DNA of 64,000 nt. Origin: Takakia lepidozioides (Eukaryota; Plantae; Bryophyta). This document shows, in pieces, positions 1 to 13,109 of this stretch; positions within the stretch are counted from its first letter, which is position 1, and each line of letters opens with the position of its first letter. A model generated the notes under the pieces. That model saw nothing but the letters and a program-made list of their open reading frames with translations. It made no database searches and was not told where the DNA came from. The position numbers and the translations under genes are program-made. Where the stretch lies: contig CM060731.1 in NCBI GenBank assembly GCA_030704615.1, forward strand, positions 310,001 to 374,000, given 5' to 3'.

Positions 1-1617
1 TCATAGGGAACGACAATACAATACGTACTGTCTTGGATGACAGTTAGTTAGTTAGTTAAACGGTTAGAACACCTTGCGGGTAGATTATGCAGAGTAGCTA
101 CAGTGAGGGGATCACTTCTTGGCGCATGGACTTGGAGTACACGGAAGCGAGTATGCAGAGGAGGAGGGAGACGACGGAGAGAGCTTGATACATGCAAGCT
201 GTAGAGATTTTGCTGTAGGGTAGATTAGACACAGCCTGACATATGATAGTTTTTAATACGATTCCTACTTCATACTCACACTGTGTAGAGAGACCTGAGT
301 GAAGCTGTGGAATGTATGCTTAAGTTGTAAAGATGGAACTCGGTAGATTGTAGAAACAATCTGATACTTAATCCTAGGCAGTAAGGTAACATACTAAACA
401 TGAATGCAAGAAGGAATAGATATAGGAAAGCACCCCCATGATACACTAGATGTAGGTCATGACTAATTGTTCTGAGCGGGCTGAGTACTTGGGTCAAAAC
501 ACCCCTTCCCAACTCTTCTTCATTCATATCCTTCCTAAAACATAATCCATCCTAGGTAAAGAACTATCTTTACAGTTTCTTCACATGACAAGAGAAACCC
601 ATGTCCCCTTATTGGTGGCCTACATGTATCTGAAAAACATATCCCAACAGCATTGCATCACTATTTCTGCTTGTTCCAAGGAGACACAAGCACACACACA
701 TACAATTACCTACTTCATTCCAAGATATACTAAATCTTCCTTCATACAGAACTCCAAGTGACAGACTTTTGCCTCACTTTCTCTCTACCACAGGTCTGGT
801 ATGAATTCCAGATGTCTTCATTCCATTTTTCAAAGCCCTTTCTCCCTCAAGGTCATCCCCCAAAACATCTCTATCCGAAGTTCAGTCACAAGTATAAGAA
901 GAATGAACTATCTCGCACTTAACTGATATATAGCCCAGTTGAAGTGGTGGGCCTGCTGCCCGAATTGGCTCCCTTCTTGGAAGCTGCTACCCTAGTGTCT
1001 GTTATCACTTGCATCCACCGGCGCTCTCCGAAACAAAGATCTTACTTGTAGATCGTTCTATTGCCGTAGTTTCCCATCCTACATTAATTCCTAAACTTAA
1101 GAGCTCGTCAAGACCTGACAGCTCTGCCCTTTTTTAACTGGCAGTGACACTCTGTCATTGCTAACAACTCATTTTCCCAAAATACCAGAGTCATTAACCA
1201 CATCCCTAAGATCCTTTCACCGCCTCTTGCACAGCCCTGCCTGAGTTATAAATCATCAAGCAGCGGCGGTGCTGCTATCCCTACTGGTAGCAGGCACAGT
1301 TCGCCAAGCTGCCCTATCTAACTAGCCATTATCTGCCTTCATTACTGCTAAGTCACACATACCCTAAGACAGAAGCAAGAAAGAAGCAGAATGGTCTCAA
1401 TTACCTACTATGCACAGCTCTGCCCTTTCTCGCTCTCGCAGCATCAGCAATGATCCCCTTCAAGGCCAATTTCTAGAGATCCAAAGTCACATGCCTCATC
1501 AAGCCAACGACGGCACCGCCCCCTTCATCTGTCAGCTGCACGGGTTACCAAGTTCATCTTTTTATCCCCTGCATTAGAACTAATACTCCTTGCTTCCAAG
1601 TAATTCGAGAAGATTGA
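1..1617 (+). mobile_element. LTR / 5' leader fragment of a Gypsy-type retrotransposon (same family as the LTR at 26545-27403, opposite orientation)
   Basis: 1-320 is the reverse complement of ~26790-27185 (e.g. ctgtcttggatgacagttagttagttag; cacactgtgtagagagacctga). No credible ORF. Cut at ~1617 by a TIR-like terminus. Confidence 0.55.
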
Positions 1618-2560
1618 CAGTGCCCTAATTATCATTCCTGACGTGACATGGCGCTGACACGTTGGCCGTCACATTCGACGTGCGTCGCGTCACGTCGAAT
1701 CCGGACGTTGACCCATGTAATTTTTTTTTACATTTGACTTTTACGATTTACTTTTACCATTTGTAATGACATGGCAGCCACGGTGTAAAACAGACGTAGC
1801 CAATTATTAATATTTATTAATTCCTTTAAAAAATACATCCGCCTATATTGGCGGTAGCATATAATTTATTATTTTTTAAATGAAGCGACCGCCCATATTG
1901 GCGGTCGCTTGTATTTTATTATATTTTAAAATAAGCGACCGCCTATATTGGCGGTCGGTTGAAGTTTATTATGTTTTAAATGAAGCGACCGTCCAGATTG
2001 GCGGTTGCTCGCATTTTATTATATTATTATTATTATATCTTTAATATATTTTATAAAAATACAGTGACCGCCATGTGGCGGTCGTTTTAGTTTTTTTTTA
2101 AAAATTTAGCGGCCGCCATTTAGCAGCGGTCGTTTATTTTTATTTTTATTCTTAAATAAAGCGACCGCTGTTTGGCGGTCACTTCTTCAGTAAATTTTTG
2201 AAAAATGCAGCGGCCGTCACTATTTTTGTTAATAAACAATACAGCGACCGCCATTTGGCGGCGGTCGCTTGATTTGATTTTGATTCTTAAATTAAGCGAC
2301 CGCCGTTTGGCGGTCGCTTACTTAATATATATTTTAAAATGGAGCGACCGCCATTTAGCGGCGGTCGCTTCTTTTATTTTGAATCTTGAATGAAGCGACC
2401 ACCAGTAGGCGGTCGCTTATTTAGTATATTTTAAAAAAATGCAGCGACCGCCATGTGGCGGTCGCTCTTCTTGTTTTTATAAATGTAGCGACCGCCATGA
2501 GGCGGTCGCGTGTTTTTTTATTTTTTGGAAATCCAGGGACCTGCCGTGTGGCGGTTTTAA
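1618..2560 (+). repeat. hAT-like transposon terminus with a subterminal array of GCGACCGCC-N4/5-GGCGGTCGC palindromes
   Basis: Starts CAGTGCCCtaaTTATCA, then a TGACGT-rich stretch, then about 14 palindromes at ~45-52 bp spacing in AT-rich DNA (1885, 1935, 1985...). Same motif as the array upstream of the hAT transposase at 14560-15360. Confidence 0.75.
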
Positions 2561-2659
2561 AAATAAAATAAAATCATGAAACGGTGCCTTGGCCAGGTGC
2601 CACGGGTCAGGAAAAACGAAACAAATGGGATGGGGGAGGTGGTTTTGAACACTTGACCT

Positions 2660-2830
2660 CTCCCATGTGGGTGCGCGTGGCGAGGCGCGACTGGCCAGTC
2701 GTGCCGCGCTGACACGTGGCGAGGCGCCAGTGGCCTGTCACGCTTTTTTCAAGCATAATGCCATTTTGGGGGGGGGGGGGGCTGGTGGGCGCCTATATAG
2801 ACCATTCCCCCCTCCTTTTTTGATCACTTT
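2660..2830 (+). promoter_or_regulatory. Putative Pol II promoter of the ORF at 3125
   Basis: G-box CACGTG 2713-2718, GC-rich boxes, TATATA 2794-2799 followed by a pyrimidine-rich leader. Confidence 0.4.
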
Positions 2831-3124
2831 TACCCTCTCGTGGTGCGGTTCATTGGCATCATGTAGTCCTTTCGGACTTCGTTGCTTGGCACTGCCAACG
2901 GGAGGTGCAAATGTGATTATTTGGGGGGGGGGGGGGGGGGGTTTGTCGGTTTTTTATTGGTCATTCCCACACCCTTGTTCTCGGTTCAATCATCGTATCA
3001 CCATTTTTCCGTTTTCGGATCTCCGGCAGCCTGTTTTTTTGCAGAAACTACAAAGACACCATCCACACGCGTCCATTGCCGTTTTCTGAGATTTTGTCCC
3101 ATGTAATGGGCAAAGGTTTATACA

Positions 3125-4050
3125 ATGTCGGGGGTTGTGAATTCAAGTTCTAGGGCAGGGTCGTCTGGGGGTCGGAGGAAGAGAAAACGTGCCCACGAGC
3201 GGGATAGTCAGGTCAACAAGCCAGACTACCCGGGACCGGATGCCTTGGATAGGGTGAAAGAAGTGGTAGTGGATTATTTCAAGGGTAGGGACATGATGAG
3301 GCTGGAGAGTGCTTATGTCAGGCATGGATGGGAGGGGTTTCAGATTTTCCAGCAGAATATGGAGAGGAAAATGACGAACGCTTTGGCGGGGGTTAAGTGG
3401 ACGGCGGACAGGGACAAGCCGAAGGTCAATTGGTGGATCCAAAGCAGGACGAAAGACGCCACGTGGAATTTGAGGCAGCTAATGAAGACATGAAAAGGTA
3501 GAACAACCGAGGGTCGAGTGCCCTCCGCCGAAGCTGAGTTAATGCGGCGTGTTGAGTATATTGGGCTTGCTCGGCAAGTCGGAATTCACATCGCCGGACT
3601 AGGGTTGTCCCTTGGAAGGCGGGGTCATCGGGCGGGGGAGACACAACTGATCTTTATTACCTGAACTCTATGCGAAGGTGGTAGAGATTGGCCCTTACAA
3701 CGAAGGAGGGTATGCTAAGGTCCGTCAATGTAGGATTGTTGGCGATTCTAGAATACCGGAGCGTTGGGAGCTAGCGGGAAAAAAACCCAAGTCCAAAAAT
3801 CCAGAAAAGGCGTTGAGACAACATAACAACGAGTGTTTGGCAGTGAAGTTCCAGCATCCGGGTGTTATCTCATATTTTGCTGTGAATGCACGTGAGGTAG
3901 AGGGTTACACTTGCTGGTGGAATGGGGGGACAATACGCGACATGATGAACCTTGACAGAAAATGGGGCAATGATTCGGACAACAGGGTGATTTTGGAACA
4001 AAAGGGAACGGAAGCAGAGTTCCAGGAATGCGATCGCTTGCTTCGTCATA
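3125..4050 (+). pseudogene. Truncated protein-kinase-like gene with N-terminal basic NLS
   Basis: 3125-3493 carries RRKRKR. 3678-4050 has kinase N-lobe motifs in order: EGGYAKV (I), LAGK (II), NNE (III), HPGVI (IV), WWNGGTI (V). No HRD/DFG (truncated); frameshifts between the parts. Confidence 0.65.
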
Positions 4051-4639
4051 TGTTCGACCCTGACACATGTTATCGCAACATCAATGGTTTGTGTATTGTC
4101 TCACTGTTATATTTCTAATGTTCCAACGTGGCTGATAGGGTTATGAGAAAACGATGTATTAGTTCCGTATGAGTTAAACAACTAACGTCCCACATCTCAT
4201 TCGGATGTGCGACACTACCTGTGAGTCATGAGTCTGTAAGTAACATGTGCACATGCGACCTCCGAAGTCCGAACGTTCGATACAAGGTCCAGCAAATGCT
4301 TTGTTGGAACGTCCCGAGGTCGCATGTACACCTGTTACTTATTGACTCATGCCTCACATGGTAGTGTCGCGCATGAGAATGAGATATGGAACGTAAGTTG
4401 TCTAATTCCTACGGAACCAATACATCATTTTTCTCAGAACCTTGTCAGAAACGTTGGAACATTGGAACATACAAACAGTGACACAGTACATGGCCGGTTT
4501 TGTTGAAATGACATCTGTGAGGTTTGAGCATATGCAATTTATTATTTACAACGAAACTTTATTTCTCGGGGGACCGGTACTGCTGCAGGAGCGCAACTGA
4601 TGGTGCAAATTCTTTATTGATTGGAGCTGTCACAACCAA

Positions 4640-5570
4640 TGTCAACAATCATATTTACGGTAAGGTGTTTCATGCTATTGTTGTTCCTCTATCTGAATTC
4701 TGTAGTACTCTTTTTGCTATTCCCATGCCAACAACATCAGGTCCTCTGAGACTGTCATGCTCAAACAAACGTATCAGCCACCCCGGCTAGCTTGTAGGCT
4801 GCAGCCACGGCCCACCATAAATTGAATGAATTGGAGATTTTGTGCTCAGTTCCTGGTTTCATGTCCGTGGTGGCTGATACGGAATTCGGAATATGGCAGT
4901 CCCAGTGGACCTGATGTTGTTGGCATGGGAGTAGCGAAACGATTCCTAAATAAATCAGCTACATGAACATCGGCAGTATGAAACACCTTGCAGTACATAT
5001 GATTCTTGAGATTATTTGCACAGATTATTTGTGTTAGTGCCTTCAAGTGACGAACATTTCCGCCATGGTGCGGAAGAGGTGCATTGGCCACATTAAACGG
5101 TTGATGTGATACCATTTCACAAATGTATCACATCGCATTGGTGAAAATGTATCACATGAACCGTTCCATGTGGCCTACGGGAGTCTTCGATGGGTACAAG
5201 ATCAATGTGGCCTATGAGATCAGCTTCCACCAACAAACATGTGATCATTTCAGAAGTGCTTGAAGCGACGATGGGCAAGGTTCTTCATCCAGATGTTCAA
5301 CATGTTGAGGTCTTCTGTAATGTCTCTTGCTTCGTAATGAGGTGCTTTTCCAATGTTGATATTCTCCATCTGGAACCAAATGACCATCAAAACTAGAAGC
5401 TGTGGATGAGGCTTATAAAAGTGGAGATGGTCATTTGCTTATTTAAGGATTTTTGCACACATGTGTGGATCCGTTCCAGGTGGAGAACATCGACATATTG
5501 GATAAAGTAGACATGGAAAAGCACCGCATTACGAAGCAGGAGACACTACAAAAAGAGCTTCAAATGGCAT
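4640..5570. repeat. Two diverged inverted duplications (foldbacks) of a coding relic
   Basis: 4640-4790 is inverted relative to ~4865-5010 (opposite-strand ORFs share KVFH...PMPTTSGPL...RISH). ~5300-5377 is inverted relative to ~5472-5570. Confidence 0.7.
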
Positions 5571-6975
5571 ACCATGTAACAGGTCCCGGTCTAATCGAAG
5601 ACGAAACCCCATACATTCAATGGACGATTGAATGGTTGCCCATCCAAATGATTTTTGTTTGCTTTCAATCTTTGCCACTATGTTCAACATACCATGTATC
5701 AGGTCCCGGACTAATATGAGATCAATCGAAATTCATTCGATGGCTCAACGGATGGTTGGCCATCGAAATGATTTTGGTTCGCTTGAGACTTGGCCAGTAT
5801 GTTCAATGTTCCATGTAAGAGGCCCCAGAGTAATATGAGATCAATCAAAATTCGTTCAATGGGCCAACAGATGGTTGCCCATCCAAATGATTCTCGTTCG
5901 CTTTGAGACTTGGCCAGTGTGTTCAATGTACCATCTGATAGGTCCTAGTGTAATATGAGATCAATCAAAATTCGTTCGATGGGCCAATGAGGCGTTCACT
6001 TGTCATCTGGTTTTTGTTCATTGCGGAAAAAAAATCCTGCAATGCGTGCACGGCTATTGCACCCATTGAATGGATGTGGTTGAAGCCCCTCTTTTGCCCA
6101 CATGTGCTTGAACATGTGTGTGACACATGTGCGGAAACACAACAAACGAATAAATCATTTGCCTCCCAATCGACGCGCTCACCCCTCAAGCCATTCCAAA
6201 ATTTAAATTAATTTTAAGCCAATAAATAAGTTTGCACTGCCTTTCATTGGGGGTTTCTGGCACGTATCGATTTTGTTTTTTGCTCAATTTTGTTCTGCGG
6301 CTTCAAGCATCCCACCGCTACTCCCCCGCCAAAATTTGGACCAATAAAAAATGTCCCAAAAAAAAAGTGTTCTCTTCGCTCACTATTGCAGAACTCTCTA
6401 TGAAGAGTGCATGAAGTAGAACACAAATCAAGGTTGGAGTGCAAAACAGGGAAGAAAATTGTGGTTTTGGGTCCAAATGAATTTTGTTCGCTCCCAAATT
6501 TGGCACGCATGTTGCATATGGAGTCATTACATGCCTCATTAAAGAACGGAATGAAAAAAAAAAACATGAGCATGCAAAACGCAGTCCAACAGGTCCCAAA
6601 GTAATAACAGATCCAACGGAATACATTCAACGGGTGAACGGATGGTTGCCCATCCAAATCATTTTTGTTTGCTTCCAAACTTTGCCAGTACGTTTGAGAC
6701 ACCCTCTCACAGGTCTCGAACTAATATGAGATCAATCAAAATTCATTCGATGGCTCAACGGATGGTTGGCCATCAAAATGATTTTGGTTCGCATTGAGAC
6801 TTGGCCAGTATTTTCAATGTACCATGTAAGAGGCCCCAGAGTAATATGAGATCAATCGAAATTCGTTCAATGGGCCAACGGATGGTTGCCCATCCAAATG
6901 ATTCTCGTTCGCTTTGAGACTTGGCCAGTGTGTTTAATGTATCCTCTGATAGGTTCCAGTATAATATGAGACCCA
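5570..6975 (-). repeat. ~993-bp satellite family tract (with 120-bp subrepeats)
   Basis: Reverse-complement match to the units at 49613-52236; recurring gagatcaatcgaaattcgttc...ggttgcccatccaaatgatt...gagacttggccagt. Confidence 0.9.
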
Positions 6976-7923
6976 GAATCTCACAAGCTTTGAGGCCCTT
7001 GAAGAAATTTTTGCTCAAGGAGCTCCGAGCATATGCGCCGGCGCGTACCATGGAAAAGAGGTTGTAGCCAAACATACAAGAGCACCTTGAAAGATTTGAC
7101 AAGAGTTGCAGAATGAAGGAAAACGCACATCTTGCAAGACCTTATGCAAATACATTAAATGGCTTACATTACTTCTGTGTATCATCAATCTAGAAGGTCC
7201 AAATTTTTTGAGACATGTGCTCCATCCATATTACTCTCTGACAGAAACAACTAAATGGACTATCCCCTATTTTTAAGACGACGGCGCCGTTGTTGAGATG
7301 TTAGAATCCAATGTACTACCTTCTTATTATGAGCATATTAAACATAAATGCTCTGCATGTTTCCATTTATTATACCACCAATCGCTGATTAATCGTCCAA
7401 CTATGAACTGACACACTAGACGGCACAATTTATTTACAATCAAATCCCATGACATGTATGTTGATTTGTTCTTGGATTACTCATGTATGAGTAATGAGTA
7501 CGAGTATTTGCGGCGACAATTGACTCCAAAACCAATAAATTGATTAATACACCCATAACAAAATGTTCAGTTACTTTATCAATTACTTTATATTGTCTTA
7601 TTAAGGCGCCGCCACAAAGTAACATGTCAATCGTACAACCATCTTTTGAGGATCCACGTGTAACCCACTCACTGAAGTCCATTAATGTAATAACAAAAAT
7701 GTCTTGTTTTAAAATTTGTTTGAAAAAAACCTCGACAAATAGAATTAAAATTTTCAGGTTTGAGTCAATTTTCAGATTTGAGTCTGTTGGAAGTTTATGA
7801 CGATTGACATGATGGAGCCATTGGTTTCAAAAAACACTAATGCTAGAGAGTATAAAAAAGGTTCACATTTCAGATTTGGCCAATTTGGCCTTAGCCTTCG
7901 CCCCCCTTTCCCACCGCTCTCCT

Positions 7924-7993
7924 TGGCGGGCACAGGTTTGAACCCGCAACCTAGTGGAAAATACACCACGACCTTACCACCAAGCCATGCTCT
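7924..7993 (-). ncRNA. tRNA-like / SINE-head relic
   Basis: Minus strand has an A-box-like TGGCTTGGTGG, a B-box GGTTCAAACC and ends ...GCCCGCCA. The anticodon arm is non-canonical. Confidence 0.4.
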
Positions 7994-8434
7994 ATTCAAT
8001 AAAACAACTTCTACTTTTTTGTTGATAAACTGTTTCTATTCAGCTAAACTTGCTGCCATTACTACATGACTAACCCGGTCTCATTACTACACTAACCTAG
8101 TCTACTATACTTGCACATTATCCCTTTCACTCCCCCACACAAACACACACAAACTACACAAGCACTTAACACGTCTCTAGTCTCTATACCCTGGAGACTC
8201 CCGTTGTGAAGAGGAGATGGAGGCGCTGCATCTCGTCCTTATACTATACAACCCCGAGGCAACGAGCTGCTGCGGCGATGGGGAGGAAGAAGGACGCTCG
8301 AGGGGGAGGCGTCGACATTGGTGGTGGTGGTAGAGGCAAGTTGCGGACGGAGAAGGTAAACTGCAACTTTGGGGGCATTGCCAAATGTCTGCACCAAAAT
8401 ATGCATTGCTTTCATGTCCACCTGATGCAAAAGT

Positions 8435-8835
8435 AATTATTTTGTGCTTCGAGAACTTTGTGGGTATGTTCATCATACATAGAAAGACCATAGATTTTGC
8501 GAAATGATTATGAAATACGCAGGGACGAGACGAAATTTGTTTGGAAGACGACCGTTCGTAACTCGTTATAACTTATTGGTTAACATCATTTTTCCTTGTT
8601 CTCCAGCTTTCGGAGTTCATTGCAAATACCCACATACACGTCATGACCAAATATGATACCATTGTAAATTTGTTTACAGGGTGAACCACTTCTTCCCCAT
8701 CACACGAATGTAAATGTGAAGAAAACGTTGTTCATGCAATTGAAATTGGCAGGTGCCGCACATGTGCATTGTGTATTAACAAAATTGGTGATATACAAAA
8801 TTGGCGGAATGCTATCACTGTGTTTTCCAACAATA
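8435..8835 (+). repeat. Dispersed ~400-bp repeat, second copy at ~16690-17044
   Basis: Shared blocks aactttgtgggtatgttc, tacccacatacacgtcatgaccaaatat, gtgaaccacttcttcc, atatacaaaattggc. Confidence 0.8.
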
Positions 8836-8864
8836 TTCAAGGTACAACAAGAATGCACATTAGC

Positions 8865-9690
8865 CTAGTCGTCACTGTCCGAGGACAAAATGTGATGTTG
8901 TGGCCAGATTTGCACTGCCAATAGGGTTCGCTTGCGACCGTGATCTCGTGGTCAATGAGGGGTCCAATGACATGTGATCAATTCTGGCCTACATCCGCCT
9001 ACTTCGCGGTGAAAGTTGACTTTCTTCTTCACTCTCACGACGTGGCGGAGGTGGATCGACAACAAGTGATCGGGCTGCATGCAAATCGACAACGAGGTCG
9101 TCTACATTTGGCAATAGAGCCCCCGGAACATGATGATAACGGTCTGTCCATAGTCGCCTCCATTGCTCTACAACTGCCTTGATGTACTTTTGAAACTATC
9201 CAACTCCTCTCACGGGCCCTGTCCCTAATCATTGCGTCGTTTCGACGATAAGCCGCCTCGTACGCCTCATTCATTCGGCGTCGACATATTATAGCATCTT
9301 CCAGTTTGGACAGCAATAAATGTCTCCCAATCGGTTATCGGTCATACAATTCGTTCTCCTCCGGCACCCATGGAACCTGTGGGAGCCGGATAAACTTGGT
9401 ATCGCGGCCCTTTGCCTTGAGGGCAGGGGGGTCGGGACGTAGAGGGGCTGCCCCTGTGGTGGGGGCGGTGGCAGCAATAGGCATGGGGGGCTGAAGCACC
9501 CTTGAGTGCCCAAGGCACTCAAGGAGGCGGAGGCGCTCACTAGGTGGAGCCCCGCACACCGGGTTGCGGTGGGGGTGGCTCCACAAGGGGTGGTGGTAGC
9601 TTAGTGGGACTTAGTGGGGGTGGCATAGGACTCACCATGGGGCGGAGACCTTGTGGTGGGAGTCGAGGGTCTTCGTGGTGGTTCACCATA
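8865..9690 (-). pseudogene. Decayed unknown TE-associated gene, homologous to 21500-22110
   Basis: The reverse complement of 8870-9050 matches ~21925-22110 (aagaaagtcaactttcaccgc...ccctcattgaccacgagatcacggtc...tattggcagtgcaaatc...ggacagtgacgac). Confidence 0.6.
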
Positions 9691-9706
9691 AAATTGCAGG
9701 GTTATT

Positions 9707-10042
9707 TGTGAAACCCCCGCGGACAGTCACAGAAGTATATATAGGGAGTAGTAACCCCGAGAACGGTGCAAGCCCGTTGGTGACCAAAAACTAGTGAGTG
9801 AGCGAGCAAGCCGGAAAGCGACCAAGTGTGGGAAGCTATTCCGGACTGCCATCTACCGAAGGGAATTTCCACTAGGCCCAAATTGGTGGAGGATCCAGTG
9901 GAAGAGTAAAGGGGGACCGTTATGTCCCGGTGAGCAGCCGAAGCTCCAAGTTGGCCCGGTGGCCAGGTTGGGAGTTAGGCGCGCGCATGAAAGCGAGTAA
10001 CTATGACTTGAAGGGGAGCTTACCGAAGTGAGGTGCGCGACA
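9707..10042 (+). mobile_element. 5' LTR of a Ty3/Gypsy element
   Basis: TGT...ACA ends, internal TATA-like gtatatatag, PBS 2 nt downstream. Confidence 0.7.
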
Positions 10043-10044
10043 CT

Positions 10045-10056
10045 TGGTATCAGAGC
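10045..10056 (+). promoter_or_regulatory. Primer-binding site complementary to tRNA-iMet
   Basis: TGGTATCAGAGC, the canonical plant LTR-retrotransposon iMet PBS. Confidence 0.9.
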
Positions 10057-10097
10057 TTAGAGTTCAGTACGCGATCATCCTTGAGATCGGCCTCATC

Positions 10098-13000
10098 ATG
10101 GGGTCAGGCAAGCGAAAGCGAAAGCGGAACGGCCCGAAAGATGATGATCCTGGTGAGCCCGATGGGGGCGACGTGGCACCGAAGCGGCAATTTGAGGAGG
10201 CAATTCATGCTTTTGAAAGCGAGGCCGCTCAAGAACGGGAGGAATCTAGGGAGTCGGAGCCCGAGGACTCGCCGGAGGCTCCGGCAGACCGACAGATGCC
10301 TCCCATGCCAGCAGCCTTTTGGGAAGGGTTATTGGCGCAGTTTGGCGGGACGTTGAGAGACGTGTTGAAGGCGGCTAATGCCACTTCCACTATGGCAAAA
10401 TTTAAGGTGAAGCCTAAGGAACCCGGCACCTTTGAGGGCGTCCGAAATCGGAAGGCACTCTTGGAGCTAGAGCAGTACTTCCAGGTGGCCAAGTTGAGTG
10501 ATGAGGATCGGGTGGAAGTGGCTCCCACCTATTTGAGGGGCTATGCTCAACAATGGTGGCAGAAATGCCTTCACGACCGAGGTCCAAACTCGGAAACCTT
10601 GAACTGGAGTGGGTTCAAGGAACTTATAAAGAGACAGTTTGTGCCCCTCAACGCGTCCTGGCTCGCCCGAGACAAGATGAGGAATTTGAAGCAAACGGAT
10701 GACATTCGGGGATATGTTCAGGCTTTCAATGTGCTGTTGCTCGAAGTCGTGGACATGGCACAACCAGAAATGGTCTTCAACTTTGTGGCGGGACTGGCCC
10801 CATGGGCCTGGCAGAAGTTGGAGGAGAAGCCACCTAAGACTTTGAACGAGGCAATTGAGAGGGCTGAATGTTTCTCGGATGTCCCTAGGGGCGAAAGACA
10901 AGGCCGTACGGAGCTGAACCACAAGAAGGCCCGGTGGGAGGGTGACTCTTTCCGACCGGAAAAGAAGTGGGATAGGCCACGCGGCGACAATGGCACGTGG
11001 AAATCGAAGGGAGGGCCTTTACACGTCAAGGCGGCACCCGGTGCTCCGAAAAGAAAATCAGGTGTGGCGGCTTATGGCGGACAGAAGGCAACGTTCGATG
11101 GAGTGTGCTTCAATTGCGGGGAGCCCGGACACATGGCCAAGAAGTGCATGAAACCCCGACAATTGAACATGACTCGGGCGGCCACGGAGCTGTCCGAAGA
11201 TTCCATTAGCCGCTTGGTGGAGGCGGTGGTCGCCAAGACTTGCAAGGTAGACAACTACTCTTATGAGTTGTATCAAGAAACTGACGCCTTGCGTAAAGGA
11301 AGTCAGTTAATGTTCGTAAATGGGATAATTTCCGGAACTAACGTGTCGTTGTTGGTGGACACAGGAGTGTCGCACTCCTTCATGACACCGGCAACGGCAC
11401 GAAAGTTGGGGCTCCCAACAAGTGACGTGGGGGCCTCTATTGAGGTGCGTTCTGCCAAAGGAGAACCACAATTGGCGACGAGGTTGGCGTTCGATGTTCC
11501 TCTTCAGCTCGGGAGTTGGGAGGGACGTGAGAACTTCACCATTTGCGAGATTGATGGAGTGGATCTCATTTTGGGGATGACATTTTTGAGCAAATCCGGA
11601 GCGGTCATAGATGGCCGCAAGAGAGTAGTCACGCTACCGTGTGGGAATGGTGGCAAAGTTTTACGAGTTTCGGAAACGCCCAACCCAGTGGGAGGGCGAA
11701 TAAACCTGCTGTCAGCAAAGGAATGGGCCGTGGAGGAGCCACACGAGCCCCAATTTTTGCTTTACGTAAGACAAGTGAAGGGAGAAGGCGATAGGGAGCC
11801 GAGCCCAGATTGGATCAAGGGGATTTTGGAGAAATACCGGGATGTGATGCCGAAGGAATTACCAAGCGGCTTGCCACCGCAAAGAGGAGTTGACCACAAG
11901 ATTGAGGTGATACCAGGATTGGAGCCGCTTGCCAAGGCGCCCTACCGGTTGAGCCACAGAGAGTTGGTTGAGCTGAAGGCTCAGCTCAAGGATCTAATGT
12001 CAAAGGGTTACATCCGGCCGAGTAAGTCACCCTACGGAGCCCCGGTGCTATTCGCAGACAAGAAGGATGGGACGCTGCGGATGTGTGTTAATTATGGGGC
12101 TCTGAATAAAGTGACTATCAAGAACCGGTACCCTTTGCCAAGGATCGACAACCTCTTCGATTGGTTGGCAGGAGCGACATATTTCAGCCGGATCGATTTG
12201 CGCTCCGGCTACCATCAAATCCGAGTGGCGGAAGGAGATGAGGAGAAGACCGCGTGCAGGACAAGATATGGTTCGTATGAGTTCTTGGTGATGCCTTTTG
12301 GACTCACCATCGCACCCGCGACCTTTAGCACGCTAATGAACAACCTTTTCCAGGAGTGGTTGGATGACTTTGTGATCGTGTACATCAACGACATCTTGGT
12401 GTACTCGAAAACAAAGGAAGAGCACCTGGAGCACCTCAAAAGGGTGTTCCAGAAATTGCGGGAAGGGAAGCTGTATGCCAAAGCTTCAAAGTGCAAGTTC
12501 GGGGTCACAAAAGTGGAGTTCCTAGGGCATGTGATTACACACGATGGGATCAAAATGGATGACAGAAAGGTAAGGGCGATCTTGGACTGGGAGCCTCCGA
12601 CTTCGGTCCCGGGAGTGCGATCCTTCCTAGGACTTGCCTCCTAATACCGAAGGTATGTGAGAAATTTCACCAAGATCGCGGAGCCGCTGTCGGACCTTCT
12701 GTGTAAATCTAAGGTATGGGTATGGAACACCTTTTGTGCCCAAGCTTTTGCCGAGTTGAAGCATCGAATGGCGGAAGCTCCGGTCCTGAAAATCCCGGAG
12801 TTCGACCGTCCATTTGAGATTCATATAGATGCATCGGACTTCGCAATTGGGGGTGTACTCATGCAGGATGGACGTCCAGTGGCTTACGAAAGTAAGAAAC
12901 TGAATGAAGTGGAGCGACGGTGGCCTACGCACGAGAAAGAAATGAAGGCGGTGGTGCATTGCCTTGAGCTTTGGCGCCACTATGTTGGTTCCAACCCAGT

Positions 13001-13105
13001 GAAGGTGTTCACGGACAATGTCACGGTGAAGTATTTTGCCACGCAGCCTAAGTTGTCCCCAAAACAACTTAGGTAGCAAGATACTTTGGCGGTGTTCGAC
13101 GTGGA
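10098..13105 (+). pseudogene. Ty3/Gypsy (chromovirus-like) gag-pol: gag, CCHC knuckle, protease, RT, RNase H; integrase deleted
   Basis: Retrotrans_gag-like region, [22 protein letters not shown] motifs (MPFGL; YIND from YIDD), RNase H (DASDFAIG, HEKEM, VFTD). Stops at 12644 and 13076. Fused to the hAT relic at ~13108. Confidence 0.95.
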
Positions 13106-13109
13106 TGAC

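Noticed and set aside
7924-7993. Functional tRNA gene
   Set aside because: The acceptor and anticodon arms do not pair canonically; kept only as a tRNA-like relic.
10044-12644. Intact autonomous retrotransposon
   Set aside because: RT YIDD is mutated to YIND, there are internal stops, and integrase and the 3' LTR are missing. The listed start lies in the PBS; the likely ATG is 10098.
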